Under the pieces are notes generated by a model, which worked only from the letters and a program-made list of their open reading frames with translations, searched no databases and was not told the origin of the DNA. A stretch of DNA of 61,293 bases, the filler included, from Sandaracinaceae bacterium (GTDB taxonomy: Bacteria > Myxococcota_A > Polyangia > Polyangiales > JADJQN01): NCBI GenBank assembly GCA_947483975.1. It is 8 parts of 8 records of this genome, joined end to end, with 100 filler letters (N's around TTAATTAATTAA, not from the genome) between each part and the next. Parts side by side here need not be neighbours in the genome. Positions count along the whole stretch, not along the records: positions 23,285 to 30,864 come from CANKOL010000263.1; positions 30,965 to 38,536 come from CANKOL010000264.1; 6 more parts are not named here. One strand, 5' to 3'. Positions 28,026 through 37,778 of the stretch are shown here, piece after piece (within the stretch, counting starts at the first letter, position 1; each line of letters begins with the position of its first letter). Position numbers and translations under genes: made by a program.

Positions 28026-29345
28026 CTACCCCGCGATCAGCACGATGCGCGTGATCTCCGGCGCTGAGCCGACGCGCGCGGGCGGTCCCGCCGTGCCGAA
28101 GCCGCGGTTGACGTACAGCTGCGAGTCGCCGCGCTCGTAGCGTCCCGCGACGTAGCCGTAGGGCAGCACGAGCTCTGCGAGGCCGAGCCCGACGTTCACC
28201 TGCCCGCCGTGCGTGTGCCCGCTCAGCTGCAGCGCGACGCGCGGCGCGGCCTCCGGGAAGAACGCTGGATTGTGGCAAAGCAGGATACGCGGGAGCTCGC
28301 GCGGGACCATGGCGATGGCCCGCGCGAGGTCCGGACCGCCGCCTTCGCGCCGCATCCAGAGGTCGTCGACGCCGAGCAGCGCGAACGCGCCCCCTGCGTC
28401 CCCGATCACGCGCCCCTCGTTGAGGAGCACCGTCGCGCCGGCGCGGCGAGCGGTCGCGAGCACCTGGTCGATGCCCGAGTAGTAGTCGTGGTTGCCCGGG
28501 ATGACGGCGATCCCGTGGCGCGCGGCGCCCCTCAGCCGCGCGAGCAGCTGCCCGAGGTACGGCGTGAAGGCGAGGTCGTGATCGATCAGGTCGCCGGTGA
28601 CGACGACGAGGTCGGGGCGCGCCCGGTGGATCAGCGCCGAGGCGACCTTCACCTCGTCGCCGCGCGCGTGCACGCCGAAGTGAATGTCGCTGATCTGCAC
28701 GATGGTGAAGCCGTCGAGCGTGCGCGGCAGCCCCGGGATGCGGATGGGGACGGTCTCGGTGTGATAGGCGTGTCGGCCGAAGAACGCGCCGTAGAACGCC
28801 GCACCGCCGCCGAGGGCGAGCGCGCTGCCCGTCGCCGCGCGCGTGAGGAACTCGCGGCGCGCGAGCGCCTCGGCGTCGTCGAGGGCCGGCGCGGTCTTCG
28901 GCGTAGTCTTGGGCGCGGTCTCGGGCGCCGTCTCGGGCTCAGGCACCTGCGCCGGGCTGCGCTGGTCGACGCTCGCAGCGGCCCGGGTACGCTCGGCCAG
29001 CTTCACGCGTCGCCGCGCGCGAACGCGCGAGAGTCCGCGTCCGAGCGCGAGCACGCCGCGCCCCGCGTCGACGACGAGCAAGAGCCCGCACGAGATCAGC
29101 ACCGCAAGCTCGACCGCGCTCGCCCCGATGCCGAGCCAATCCGCGAGGGTCGCGTCGAGCGTGCGCTCCGCGGCGCGCGCGCCGACCATCGCCACGAGAC
29201 CGAGCGCGAGGCCGACCCCGACCGTGGCGCGCCCGCGTCGCTCGAGCGCGAACGCCCGCGCGCAGCGTCGGTAGACGTACACGTTCACCAGCGCGACGAG
29301 CGCGGCGGCGAGCGCGAAGAAGCCGACGAATTTCAGCACCGGCAC
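28026..29345 (-). CDS. Membrane-anchored YkuE-like metallophosphoesterase
   Basis: Three N-terminal TMs; RREFL before a fourth hydrophobic segment; SDIH, TGDLID, GNHD, LCHNP, SGHTHGGQ. GTG start approximate. Confidence 0.88.
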   Translation of the reverse strand: MPVLKFVGFFALAAALVALVNVYVYRRCARAFALERRGRATVGVGLALGLVAMVGARAAERTLDATLADWLGIGASAVELAVLISCGLLLVVDAGRGVLALGRGLSRVRARRRVKLAERTRAAASVDQRSPAQVPEPETAPETAPKTTPKTAPALDDAEALARREFLTRAATGSALALGGGAAFYGAFFGRHAYHTETVPIRIPGLPRTLDGFTIVQISDIHFGVHARGDEVKVASALIHRARPDLVVVTGDLIDHDLAFTPYLGQLLARLRGAARHGIAVIPGNHDYYSGIDQVLATARRAGATVLLNEGRVIGDAGGAFALLGVDDLWMRREGGGPDLARAIAMVPRELPRILLCHNPAFFPEAAPRVALQLSGHTHGGQVNVGLGLAELVLPYGYVAGRYERGDSQLYVNRGFGTAGPPARVGSAPEITRIVLIAG

Positions 29346-29394
29346 CGGGGTACCCGGCAATCTGGGGCTGCCGGGCCCCCGTCGCCATCCCGCG

Positions 29395-30864
29395 TCACGC
29401 TTCTCTGCGGAGTCGCGCGAGCACGGCCTCGAGGTCCGCCGCCAGCGGCGCCTCGAGCACGAAGACCTGCTGCGTCTCCGGGTGCACCAGGCTGATCGAC
29501 GCGCAGTGCAAGAACGTGCGATCGAGCCCGTATTTCTCGGAGAAATGCCGGTTCGACGGGGCGTGCCCATAGCGCGCGTCGCCGATGACCGCGTGCCCGA
29601 GCGTCGCGAGGTGCCGACGCACCTGGTGCGTGCGCCCCTCGTCGGGGCGCGCCTCGATCAGCGCATGACCGGCGAGCACCGCGGTGCGCCGATAGCGCGT
29701 CCGCGCCTCGCGGATCACGCCGTCGTCGGGGAGCGCCCGCGAGATGCTGCCCTTGCTGCGGATCACGCCGCGCACGAGCGCGACGTAGCGTTTTTCGGCC
29801 TCGGGCGCGCCCAGCGCCATCTGCCAAGGCGTGACGTCCTCGGGCCTGCGCGCGAAGAGGCACACGCCGCTCGTGCCGGCGTCGAGGCGGTGAATCGGCA
29901 CGGCGCTCTTGGCGCCCGGCAGGCGCCGCACGCGCGCGAGGAGCGAGCTCGCGTACTCGCCCTGCGGCGTCGTCGGCTCGTGCCCCGCCTTCTCGACGGC
30001 GAGGAGCGTGTCGTCCTCGTAGAGGATGCGCGGCGCCGGGAGCGGCGCGCGGTGCAGCAGCGCGAGCGTCTCGACCTCGTCCGTCAGCGGGATCATGTCG
30101 TAGGGCTGCGCGTGCTCCGTCGCGTAGCCGAGGCGCGCGAGGTGCGCGAGGTCGCGCGCGAGCGTCTCCGGGTCGCAGGAGACGTACGCGATCACCGACG
30201 GCGCGAGCGCGGCGAGCGCGAAGCGCACCTCGGGCGCGCAGCCTCGGCGCGGCGGGTTGACGACGACCGCGTCGACGCGCGTGCCGTCGGCGGCGAGGTC
30301 CGCTGCGACGACCGCCGCGTCCCCGGCGACGCCATGCAGCGCCTCGAGGTGCTGCGCACGCGCCGCCTCGAGCGCGTGATCGACCGCCGCGGGATACGCC
30401 TCGACGCAGAGCACGCGCGCGCCCTCGTCCGCGAGCGCGAGCCCGAGGGCGCCTGAGCCCGCGTAGAGATCGACGATGCGCCGTCCCTCGAGCTCGCCGA
30501 GCGCGTCGAAGAGCGCGGCGTGCACGGCGGCGTGGAGCTTCTCTGCTTGGCCGCGGTGCGCCTGCACGAACGAGCCGTGCGCAGCGAGCTGATACGTGCG
30601 CCCGGTGCCGATGCGGTCGGGCAGCGACGCCTCGCCGAGGTGCACGCGGAGCGCGCTGCCGAGGAGCTGCGGCGAGCCCGGGCGCACGACGCTGCTCGCG
30701 ACCGACGCGATGCTCGGCTCGAGCGACACGAGGCGGTCCGCGAGGATGCCCATCGCGTCGCTGCTCGGCTGCTTGCCGTCGCGCAGCACGAGCGTGACCA
30801 TCGCGCGCGGCTCGCTCGCCGCGTCGGCGCCGAGCACCTCGCGCACATCGACCGCCGTCAGCGC
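29395..30864 (-). CDS. Fusion of a RlmD/TrmA-type rRNA (uracil-C5)-methyltransferase and a RluA-family pseudouridine synthase (5' truncated)
   Basis: SFVQ, DLYAGSG, NPPRRG, YVSCDPETLARDL, DMIPLTDEVE, then ILYEDD, HRLDAGTSG, GRTHQVRRHL, GDARYG and LHC, all in one frame. Confidence 0.88.
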   Translation of the reverse strand, partial: ALTAVDVREVLGADAASEPRAMVTLVLRDGKQPSSDAMGILADRLVSLEPSIASVASSVVRPGSPQLLGSALRVHLGEASLPDRIGTGRTYQLAAHGSFVQAHRGQAEKLHAAVHAALFDALGELEGRRIVDLYAGSGALGLALADEGARVLCVEAYPAAVDHALEAARAQHLEALHGVAGDAAVVAADLAADGTRVDAVVVNPPRRGCAPEVRFALAALAPSVIAYVSCDPETLARDLAHLARLGYATEHAQPYDMIPLTDEVETLALLHRAPLPAPRILYEDDTLLAVEKAGHEPTTPQGEYASSLLARVRRLPGAKSAVPIHRLDAGTSGVCLFARRPEDVTPWQMALGAPEAEKRYVALVRGVIRSKGSISRALPDDGVIREARTRYRRTAVLAGHALIEARPDEGRTHQVRRHLATLGHAVIGDARYGHAPSNRHFSEKYGLDRTFLHCASISLVHPETQQVFVLEAPLAADLEAVLARLRREA

Positions 30865-30964
30865 NNNNNNNNNNNNNNNNNNNNNNNNNNNNNNNNNNNN
30901 NNNNNNNNTTAATTAATTAANNNNNNNNNNNNNNNNNNNNNNNNNNNNNNNNNNNNNNNNNNNN
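30865..30964. other. Artificial contig linker
   Basis: N-run/TTAATTAATTAA/N-run. Confidence 0.99.
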
Positions 30965-30966
30965 CC

Positions 30967-31539
30967 CTGCTCGAGCCCGCGGTGATCATCGCGATCTCGA
31001 CGGGCGGCCCGGCGGCGCTCGAGCGCTTGCTCCCTCGGCTGCCGGCGGACTTCCCCGCGGGCGTGCTCGTCGTGCAGCATATGCCGGCGCACTTCACGAC
31101 CGCGCTCGCCGAGCGCCTCGACCGCCTCTCGCCGCTGCGCGTGCGGGAGGCTCGAGACGGCGACCGCATCGGCACCGGGACGGTGCTGGTCGCGCCGGGC
31201 GATCATCACGTCGTCGTCGAGCGCGGCGGCAACCTCAAGCTGCTGCAGAGCCCCGCGGTCAACGGCTGCAGGCCGAGCGCGGATGTCACGTTCCAGTCGG
31301 CCGCGCCCGTGTACGGTGGGCGCATGATCGGCGTCGTGATGACGGGCATGGGCAAGGACGGCGCGCTCGGGCTCGCCGCGGTGCGCACCGCGGGAGGGCG
31401 CGTCGTCGCTCAGGATCGCGAGTCGAGCGTGATCTGGGGGATGCCGAAGGCCGCCGTGGACGCGGGCGTCGTGCACGATATCGTCGGCCTCGAGGCGCTC
31501 GCGCCCTTGTTGCGCAAGCTCGCCCTCGGGCTCACTTGA
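30967..31539 (+). CDS. cheB: CheB methylesterase catalytic domain (5' truncated)
   Basis: STGGP, QHMP, RPSADVTF, MTGMGKDGA, QD..SSVIWGMP. Confidence 0.92.
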   Translation: MLEPAVIIAISTGGPAALERLLPRLPADFPAGVLVVQHMPAHFTTALAERLDRLSPLRVREARDGDRIGTGTVLVAPGDHHVVVERGGNLKLLQSPAVNGCRPSADVTFQSAAPVYGGRMIGVVMTGMGKDGALGLAAVRTAGGRVVAQDRESSVIWGMPKAAVDAGVVHDIVGLEALAPLLRKLALGLT

Positions 31540-31546
31540 GGCCTTG

Positions 31547-33013
31547 ATGCACCTCCCCGACGACGTCCTCGCGCGCCCGGTGGAAGAGGCCGCGCGCCTC
31601 TTCGCGCTCGCCTTCCTCGAGGAGGCGATGGCCGCCGCGCCGCGCCTCAGCGCGGGCGATGACCCGGAGGCGCTCCACGATCTGCGCGTCGGCCTGCGTC
31701 GGCTGCGGAGCACGCTGCGCGCCTATCGCCCGTATCTGCGCGGCGCGCTGAAGAAGACGCTGCGAAACGAGCTCAGCGCGCTCGCGGAGGCGACCGGCGG
31801 CGGGCGCGACGCGGAGGTCCTGCTCGCCTGGGTGGAGGCGCAGCGCGAAGGGCTGTTGCCGCGCGAGCGGGTCGGGCTCAGCTGGCTCGCCACGGCCCTC
31901 GAGGGGCGGCGAGACGAGGGCTACGCGACAGTGCACACGAGCGTTGCGCCCCGCTTTGGCGCGCTCGCGGGCAAGCTGCGCGCGGGCCTCGAGACCTACA
32001 GCGTGCCCATGCGCCTCGGCGAGAAGCGCTCGGTGCGCACGCTCGCCGTCGCGCTCGCGGAGCTCGTGCGCGCGCACGCCGAGGACCTCTCCGCGAAGCT
32101 CTCCGGCGTGCACGCGGCGGCCGACGAGGAGGCGGCGCACGACGCGCGCATCGCGGCCAAGCGCTTGCGCTATCTGCTCGAGCCGGTGCGCGAGTTCGTG
32201 CCGGGCGCGAAGGAGCTGCTCCGCGAGCTCAAGGAGCTTCAGGACTTGCTCGGCGAGCTGCACGATCTGCAGGTGCTCGCGCGCGAGCTCGGCGACGCGA
32301 GCTCACGCGCGGCGGCAGAGCGCGCGCGGCGGCTGCACGACCTCGCGCTCGCGGGGGACCCCGATGGTACGCACACGCGGCGCGCCCTCCGAGGTGACGA
32401 GCGGCACGGCCTGCTGATGCTCGCGACGCGCGTGAAGGCGCGCGTCGACGAGCTCTTTCGCACGCTCAAGCGGCGCTTTCTCGGCAGGGGCGCGGCGCGG
32501 CTCGGCAAGGCCGCGATCGAGGTCGCGCGCACGCTCGAGGCGCACGCGAGCCGCGGGCACGAGATCGAGCGGAAGTACCTGCTGACGGGCGTGCCGCCGG
32601 AGGTGCTCGCCGCGCCGTCGAAGCAGATCGCGCAGGGCTATCTGCCCGGCGAGAGGCTGATCGAGCGCCTGCGCAAGGTCGTCGCCGCAGACGGCACGAC
32701 GAAGTGCTTTCGCACCGTGAAGCTCGGCGCCGGGCTCGTGCGCATCGAGGTCGAGGAGGAGGCGCCGCTCGAGCTCTTCCGCAAGCTCTGGCCGCTGACC
32801 CGCGGGCGGCGCGTGAACAAGCGCCGTCATATGGTCCCGGCGGGCGAGGGCGTGTGGGAGATCGACGTCTTTCTCGACCGCACGCTGGTACTTGCGGAGC
32901 TCGAGCTCGCGTCCGAGGAAGAGGCGGTGTCGATCCCCGCGTGGCTCGCGCCGTACGTCGTGCGCGAGGTCACCGAGGAGTCCGAGTTCGTCAACGCCCG
33001 CCTCGCCAAGTAG
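31547..33013 (+). CDS. CHAD-CYTH fusion protein (polyphosphate binding / triphosphatase)
   Basis: CHAD motifs EALHDLRVGLRRLRS, HDARIAAKRLRY and LQDLLGELHD; CYTH motif EIERKYL plus WEIDVF and LAELEL. Confidence 0.85.
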   Translation: MHLPDDVLARPVEEAARLFALAFLEEAMAAAPRLSAGDDPEALHDLRVGLRRLRSTLRAYRPYLRGALKKTLRNELSALAEATGGGRDAEVLLAWVEAQREGLLPRERVGLSWLATALEGRRDEGYATVHTSVAPRFGALAGKLRAGLETYSVPMRLGEKRSVRTLAVALAELVRAHAEDLSAKLSGVHAAADEEAAHDARIAAKRLRYLLEPVREFVPGAKELLRELKELQDLLGELHDLQVLARELGDASSRAAAERARRLHDLALAGDPDGTHTRRALRGDERHGLLMLATRVKARVDELFRTLKRRFLGRGAARLGKAAIEVARTLEAHASRGHEIERKYLLTGVPPEVLAAPSKQIAQGYLPGERLIERLRKVVAADGTTKCFRTVKLGAGLVRIEVEEEAPLELFRKLWPLTRGRRVNKRRHMVPAGEGVWEIDVFLDRTLVLAELELASEEEAVSIPAWLAPYVVREVTEESEFVNARLAK

Positions 33014-33016
33014 CCC

Positions 33017-34030
33017 ATGACCCAGCCTCATGACGCGGTCCTCGTCCTCTCCTTTGGTGGTCCCGAGCAGCCCGACGAGGTGATGCCGTTCCTCGAGCAC
33101 GTCACGCGCGGGCGCGGCATCCCGCGCGACCGTCTGCTCGTCGTCGCCGAGCATTATCTGCACTTCGGGGGCGTCTCGCCGATCAACGCGCAGAACCGCG
33201 CGTTCATCGCGGCGCTCGAGGTGGAGCTCGCGGCGCACGGTCCGCGCCTGCCCGTCTACTTCGGCAACCGCTACTCGCGGCCGTATCTCGAGGACACGCT
33301 GCGCACGATGGCGGACGACGGCGTGCGCAGCGCGCTCGTCTTCGTGACGAGCGCGTACTCGTCGTACTCGGGCTGTCGCGCCTACCGCGAGGACCTCGAG
33401 CGCGCGCGCGCCGCGGTCGGGGAGGGTGCCCCCGCGGTGCACAAGCTGCGCGTGTTCTTCGACCATCCGCTCTTCGTCGAGGCGCTCGTCGCGCGCGTAC
33501 GAGAGGCGCTCGACGCGTCCCCCGCGGACGCCGCGCTCGTCTTCACGGGGCACAGCGTGCCGATGTCGATGGCGCGCAGCAGCCGCTACGAGGCGCAGCT
33601 GCGCGCGGTCGCCGCGCTCGTCGCGGAGCGCGTCGGCAAGGAGCGCTTCGACCTGGTGTGGCAGTCGCGCAGCGGCCCGCCGACGGTGCCGTGGCTCGAG
33701 CCCGACATCTGCGAGCACCTGCGCGCGCTCAGCGCCGCGGGCACGAAGCACGTCGTCGTCTCGCCGATCGGCTTTCTCTCCGATCACATGGAGGTCGTCT
33801 GGGACCTCGACGAGGAGGCGCGCCTCGTCGCCGAGAAGCTCGGCCTCGGCTTCGTCCGCGCGGCGACGCCGGGCACGCATCCCTCCTTCATCGCGGCCGT
33901 CCGCGAGCTGCTCTGCGAGCAGACCGACGCCGCGCCTCGCCGCGCGCTCACGGTGCTCGGAGACGGCGTCTGCGGTGCGGACTGCTGCCCGCCGCCCGCG
34001 CGGCCGCCCGCGGCTCGCCCGAGCGCCTGA
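33017..34030 (+). CDS. hemH: Ferrochelatase
   Basis: SFGGPE, HYLHFGGVSPIN, GHSVP, WQSRSGPP, WLEPD, GFLSDHMEVVWDLD. Confidence 0.93.
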   Translation: MTQPHDAVLVLSFGGPEQPDEVMPFLEHVTRGRGIPRDRLLVVAEHYLHFGGVSPINAQNRAFIAALEVELAAHGPRLPVYFGNRYSRPYLEDTLRTMADDGVRSALVFVTSAYSSYSGCRAYREDLERARAAVGEGAPAVHKLRVFFDHPLFVEALVARVREALDASPADAALVFTGHSVPMSMARSSRYEAQLRAVAALVAERVGKERFDLVWQSRSGPPTVPWLEPDICEHLRALSAAGTKHVVVSPIGFLSDHMEVVWDLDEEARLVAEKLGLGFVRAATPGTHPSFIAAVRELLCEQTDAAPRRALTVLGDGVCGADCCPPPARPPAARPSA

Positions 34031-34045
34031 GCGCTTCGCGGGCCT

Positions 34046-34852
34046 TCAGGCGACGAGGCTCGGCCCTGCGCCGTCGCGGCGATGGCGCGCGTAGAGCGCG
34101 TCGCGCCACGAGATCACGTCGCCGAACTCGAGCGCGAGCGCGGTGCGCGTCCAGGCTTCGCGGGTCCGCGGACGGATCGGGACGTATTGCGACCCCACCG
34201 GCACGACGACGTTGACCGCGCACGCGGCGACGATGTCCGCGAGCGTGAAGTGGCCGCCGACGACGTAGCGCAGCGCGCCCCCGCTCTGACTCGCGGCCTC
34301 GGCGAGCGCTCGGCGGAGCGCCGTGAGGACCTCCGCCAGCGTCGCCTCGTGCACGGCCTCCGCCTGGTAGTCCACGCCGTACTTGCGCGCGATGAACGCG
34401 ACGCCGATCCGCCCGACCGTGCGTCGGAGAGGCTCCGGCACGAACGCCGGCACCGCGTCCTCGAGCGCACCCGGCGTCGACCGGAGGCGCGCGGAGTAGA
34501 GCGCCCGACCAGCCTCGAAGGCGCGCTCTGCGCGGGCGTCCCACGCGTCCACGGCGGCGCGCTCGTCTGCGCGCTCGAGGAGCGCGCCATGCCCGTTCGC
34601 ATCGGCCCAGCGCGCGATCGCGAGCGAGCCCTGCACGGGGCCGCCGTCGGTGAGCAAGCTCGGCACGGAGATGCTCCCCCGCAGCTTGCGCAGCCGAAGG
34701 CGCATCGGGAGCTCGTCGATCAGCGGCGTGTGCTCGCTGAACGTGTAGGGAATCCCGTGGTGCTCGAGCGCCCAGCGCGCCTTCTCGGTCCACGGCGAGT
34801 ACGAGATCCCGAAGAGGCGCTGCGGCCGCGCGGGCGTGACTTGGGTCGGCAT
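34046..34852 (-). CDS. Glutathione S-transferase family protein
   Basis: SPWTEKARWAL, SVPSL, GSLAIARW, FTLADI. Confidence 0.85.
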   Translation of the reverse strand: MPTQVTPARPQRLFGISYSPWTEKARWALEHHGIPYTFSEHTPLIDELPMRLRLRKLRGSISVPSLLTDGGPVQGSLAIARWADANGHGALLERADERAAVDAWDARAERAFEAGRALYSARLRSTPGALEDAVPAFVPEPLRRTVGRIGVAFIARKYGVDYQAEAVHEATLAEVLTALRRALAEAASQSGGALRYVVGGHFTLADIVAACAVNVVVPVGSQYVPIRPRTREAWTRTALALEFGDVISWRDALYARHRRDGAGPSLVA

Positions 34853-34908
34853 CGGCCGCCAGCATTGCGCGGCTTCCGTGTCTCGCCAAGGCGTGCGATC
34901 TTGCGCGG

Positions 34909-35988
34909 GTGCGCCTCCCGAAGCTGCCCTCTCTGCGCCTCCCGCCCGCCGTCGCTCGCTGGCTGTTCACCTTCCTGCTGATCTTGGTGGGCGGGGTCGG
35001 CCTGCCGCAGCCACCCGCTGCGGAGGCGCAGCACACGGGCGGCAGCTTCGGCGGCGGCTCGTTCGGCGGCGGCGGTCACTCGTACGGCGGCGGTGGCGGC
35101 TCGTACGGCGGCGGTGGCGGCGGCTTTCACATGTCCGGCAGCGGCTTTCGCGTGCACAGCGGTGGCTGTGGGAGCTTCGCCTTCAGCCTGACGCTCGCGA
35201 TCATCATCATGGTCGTGAAGGCCGCCGCGTCCGGGCGCACGCCCCACTACTCGCACGACGAGGGCCCGATCCTCAGCGGGCCGCTCACTCCCTACGCGCG
35301 GCTCGTGGACGTGTCCGCGATCCACCTCGCGCTCGACTGGCGCGCGCGCCCCGCGCTGCAGAAACGCCTCGAGGAGCTCGCTCGAGCGGGGCACACGTCG
35401 ACCCCGGGTGGCCTCGCGTATCTGCTCCACGAGACCGTGGTCGAGCTGCGGCGCGCCGAGGCGAGCTGGCTCTACGCGGGCGCGATCAACGCGCTCCCGA
35501 CGCAGCCCGCGCAGGCCGAGCAGCACTTCCGCAGGATCGCCGCGGAGGCGCGCTCGCGCTTCAAGGTCGAGACGGTGCGCGCCGTCGGTGGCCGCGTCGC
35601 GGGCACCGACGCACCGGCGATGCGCGCGCGCGCGGACGAGGGCGCGGGCCTCGTCCTGATCACGCTGATCGTCGCGGCGACGCGCGAGATCCCCGACATC
35701 GCGAAGGCCGCCGACGCGCGTGAGCTCGGGGGCCTGCTCCGCGAGCTCGGCTCGCTCAACGCCCGCGACATGGTCGCGCTCGAGGTGATCTGGACTCCCT
35801 CGACCGAGAACGATCGCATGAGCAGCGCGGAGCTCGAGGTGCTCTATCCGGAGCTGCGCCGCATGGACGAGAACACCGTCATCGGGCGCGTCTTCTGCGG
35901 CTACTGCGCGCAGCCTTTCCCGGCCGAGATCCTGCGCTGCCCGAGCTGCGGCGCCCCCGGCACCGAGGCCAAGCGCGCGCGGGCTTGA
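34909..35988 (+). CDS. DUF1517-like membrane protein with C-terminal zinc ribbon
   Basis: Signal peptide, GGSFGGGSF Gly-rich tract, TM, ALEVIWTPS...MSSAELEVLYPEL, and CGYC...CPSC. Confidence 0.75.
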   Translation: MRLPKLPSLRLPPAVARWLFTFLLILVGGVGLPQPPAAEAQHTGGSFGGGSFGGGGHSYGGGGGSYGGGGGGFHMSGSGFRVHSGGCGSFAFSLTLAIIIMVVKAAASGRTPHYSHDEGPILSGPLTPYARLVDVSAIHLALDWRARPALQKRLEELARAGHTSTPGGLAYLLHETVVELRRAEASWLYAGAINALPTQPAQAEQHFRRIAAEARSRFKVETVRAVGGRVAGTDAPAMRARADEGAGLVLITLIVAATREIPDIAKAADARELGGLLRELGSLNARDMVALEVIWTPSTENDRMSSAELEVLYPELRRMDENTVIGRVFCGYCAQPFPAEILRCPSCGAPGTEAKRARA

Positions 35989-36049
35989 GCGCGCGGTCAC
36001 GCCGACTCGGGCCTGGCATCGCGCCGGGCTGAGCGCGCAGTCGCCGTGC

Positions 36050-36469
36050 CTAGAGCGCGAAGACGGGCGCGTTCGTCAGCGTGAAGAACGAGCGCAGCGC
36101 GCGGGTCGGGACGGGCGGCGGAGTGCCGCGCATCCCGTGGCGCAGCGCCTTCCAAGAGTCGAAGTCGAGCCCGGTGAAGCGCAGCCCCGCGCAGTAGCCG
36201 CGGTCGCCGTGGCGATAGCCCTCGACGATGCGCGCGACGACCGCCTCGGCGTCGATCCACTCGCCCGTCGTCGGCATCTCGATCGAGAGCAGCACAGGCT
36301 CGCCGACCTCGAGCCAGGCGTCGCACGCGAGCAGGAGCCCGTGCGTCGAGAGGTCGAGCGCCTGCTCGCCGATCAGGCGGAAGCCGCGCTCGGCCACTGC
36401 TTGGCAGCGCGCCCGCACCGCGCGTCGCACAGTCGATCGGTCCGACGCCCAAAGCTTCATCACATCCAT
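36050..36469 (-). CDS. PilZ domain protein
   Basis: RRAVR (RxxxR), DLSTHG (DxSxxG) and GLRF. Confidence 0.8.
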   Translation of the reverse strand: MDVMKLWASDRSTVRRAVRARCQAVAERGFRLIGEQALDLSTHGLLLACDAWLEVGEPVLLSIEMPTTGEWIDAEAVVARIVEGYRHGDRGYCAGLRFTGLDFDSWKALRHGMRGTPPPVPTRALRSFFTLTNAPVFAL

Positions 36470-36530
36470 CGCCGCCTCCTTCGAACCCGGTTATCCTCGG
36501 CTCGCCGACCGAGGTGTGCAGCGAACCTAC

Positions 36531-37682
36531 ATGAGGGCAGATCCCTACCCAAGTTCTTGCGCGAAGTTTTTCGCGCTGCTCCTCGGGCTGAGCGCGCTCG
36601 TCCTCCCCGCCGGGGCCGCGCACGCGCACATGGGCTCGATGAAGTACCTCTTCGTCGAGCGGACGCGCGCCGGCGTCGTCGTGCTCGCGGACCTCGACGT
36701 CACCGACGCGGCGTACGAGCTTGGGCTCGGCGCGGGCGCTCCCGCGTCGGCCGTCGTCGCGCAGGCGCCGCGCCTCGCGCGCTGGCTCGAGCAGCGGCTG
36801 CACGTCCGCGCCGCCGAGGGCGCCTGCCCTGGGCACGCCGAGCCCGCTTCGCCCGAGGGCGCGGCCCCTGGCACCGGGCAGACGCGCGAGCGAGACGGTC
36901 GGCACTACGTCACCGTGCGCGTCGCATTCGTCTGCCCCGCCGGGGCGTCGCGCCTCGTGCTCCGCGACGACGCGATCTTCGACGATGACCCGCAGCACGA
37001 GGCGATCGTGCGGCTCTCGCGCGACGAGGGCGCGACGGCGACGGTGCTGCGCGCGCACAGCCGCGAGGTCCGCCTCGACGCGCGGGAGCAGCGCCTCTCG
37101 GAGGTCGTCGGCACCTTCGTCGTCGTCGGCGCGCTGCACCTCTTCACGGGCTACGATCACCTGCTCTTTCTGCTCTCGCTCTTGCTCGTCGCGGGCGCGC
37201 ACGCCGCGCGCGACGGGCTGAAGTCCTCGCTGCGTGAGGTCGCCTTCGTCGTCACGGGCTTCACGATCGGGCACAGCATCACGCTGTTCGCGGCGGCGCT
37301 CGACGTGCTCGTCCTGCCCGCGCGGCTCGTCGAGACGTCGATCGCCGCCTCGATCCTCGCCGTCGCCGGGTGGAATCTGTGGCGCCCGGAGCAGCGCCGC
37401 GGGCTGCCGTACGTCGCCATCGCCTTCGGGCTGATCCACGGCTTCGGCTTCTCGGCGGTGCTGCGCGAGCTCGTGCTGCCGCGCGCCGGGCGGGTGACCG
37501 CGCTGCTCGCGTTCAACGTCGGCATCGAGCTAGCGCAGCTGACGGCGGTCGCGCTCGCGCTCGGTCCGCTCGCGTGGGCCGCGCGAAAGCCCGAGTTTTA
37601 CAGGGTCTGGGTCGTGCGCGGGGGCTCCGTGCTGATCGGGCTCGTCGCGACCTACTGGATGCTCACGCGCGCGCTTGGATGA
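36531..37682 (+). CDS. HupE/UreJ family membrane protein
   Basis: Signal ending AHAH; HLFTGYDHLLFL, GFTIGHSITL, FGLIHGFGF, FNVGIELAQL. Start approximate. Confidence 0.88.
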   Translation: MRADPYPSSCAKFFALLLGLSALVLPAGAAHAHMGSMKYLFVERTRAGVVVLADLDVTDAAYELGLGAGAPASAVVAQAPRLARWLEQRLHVRAAEGACPGHAEPASPEGAAPGTGQTRERDGRHYVTVRVAFVCPAGASRLVLRDDAIFDDDPQHEAIVRLSRDEGATATVLRAHSREVRLDAREQRLSEVVGTFVVVGALHLFTGYDHLLFLLSLLLVAGAHAARDGLKSSLREVAFVVTGFTIGHSITLFAAALDVLVLPARLVETSIAASILAVAGWNLWRPEQRRGLPYVAIAFGLIHGFGFSAVLRELVLPRAGRVTALLAFNVGIELAQLTAVALALGPLAWAARKPEFYRVWVVRGGSVLIGLVATYWMLTRALG

Positions 37683-37778
37683 AGGGAGCTGCGGCGGAAC
37701 TGTGATCTGAATCGCCGATCGAGCCGTCGCTCCGCGAGCGCTCGCCCCTCCGCACTCCTGCGCTACCTTGCGCGCGCC

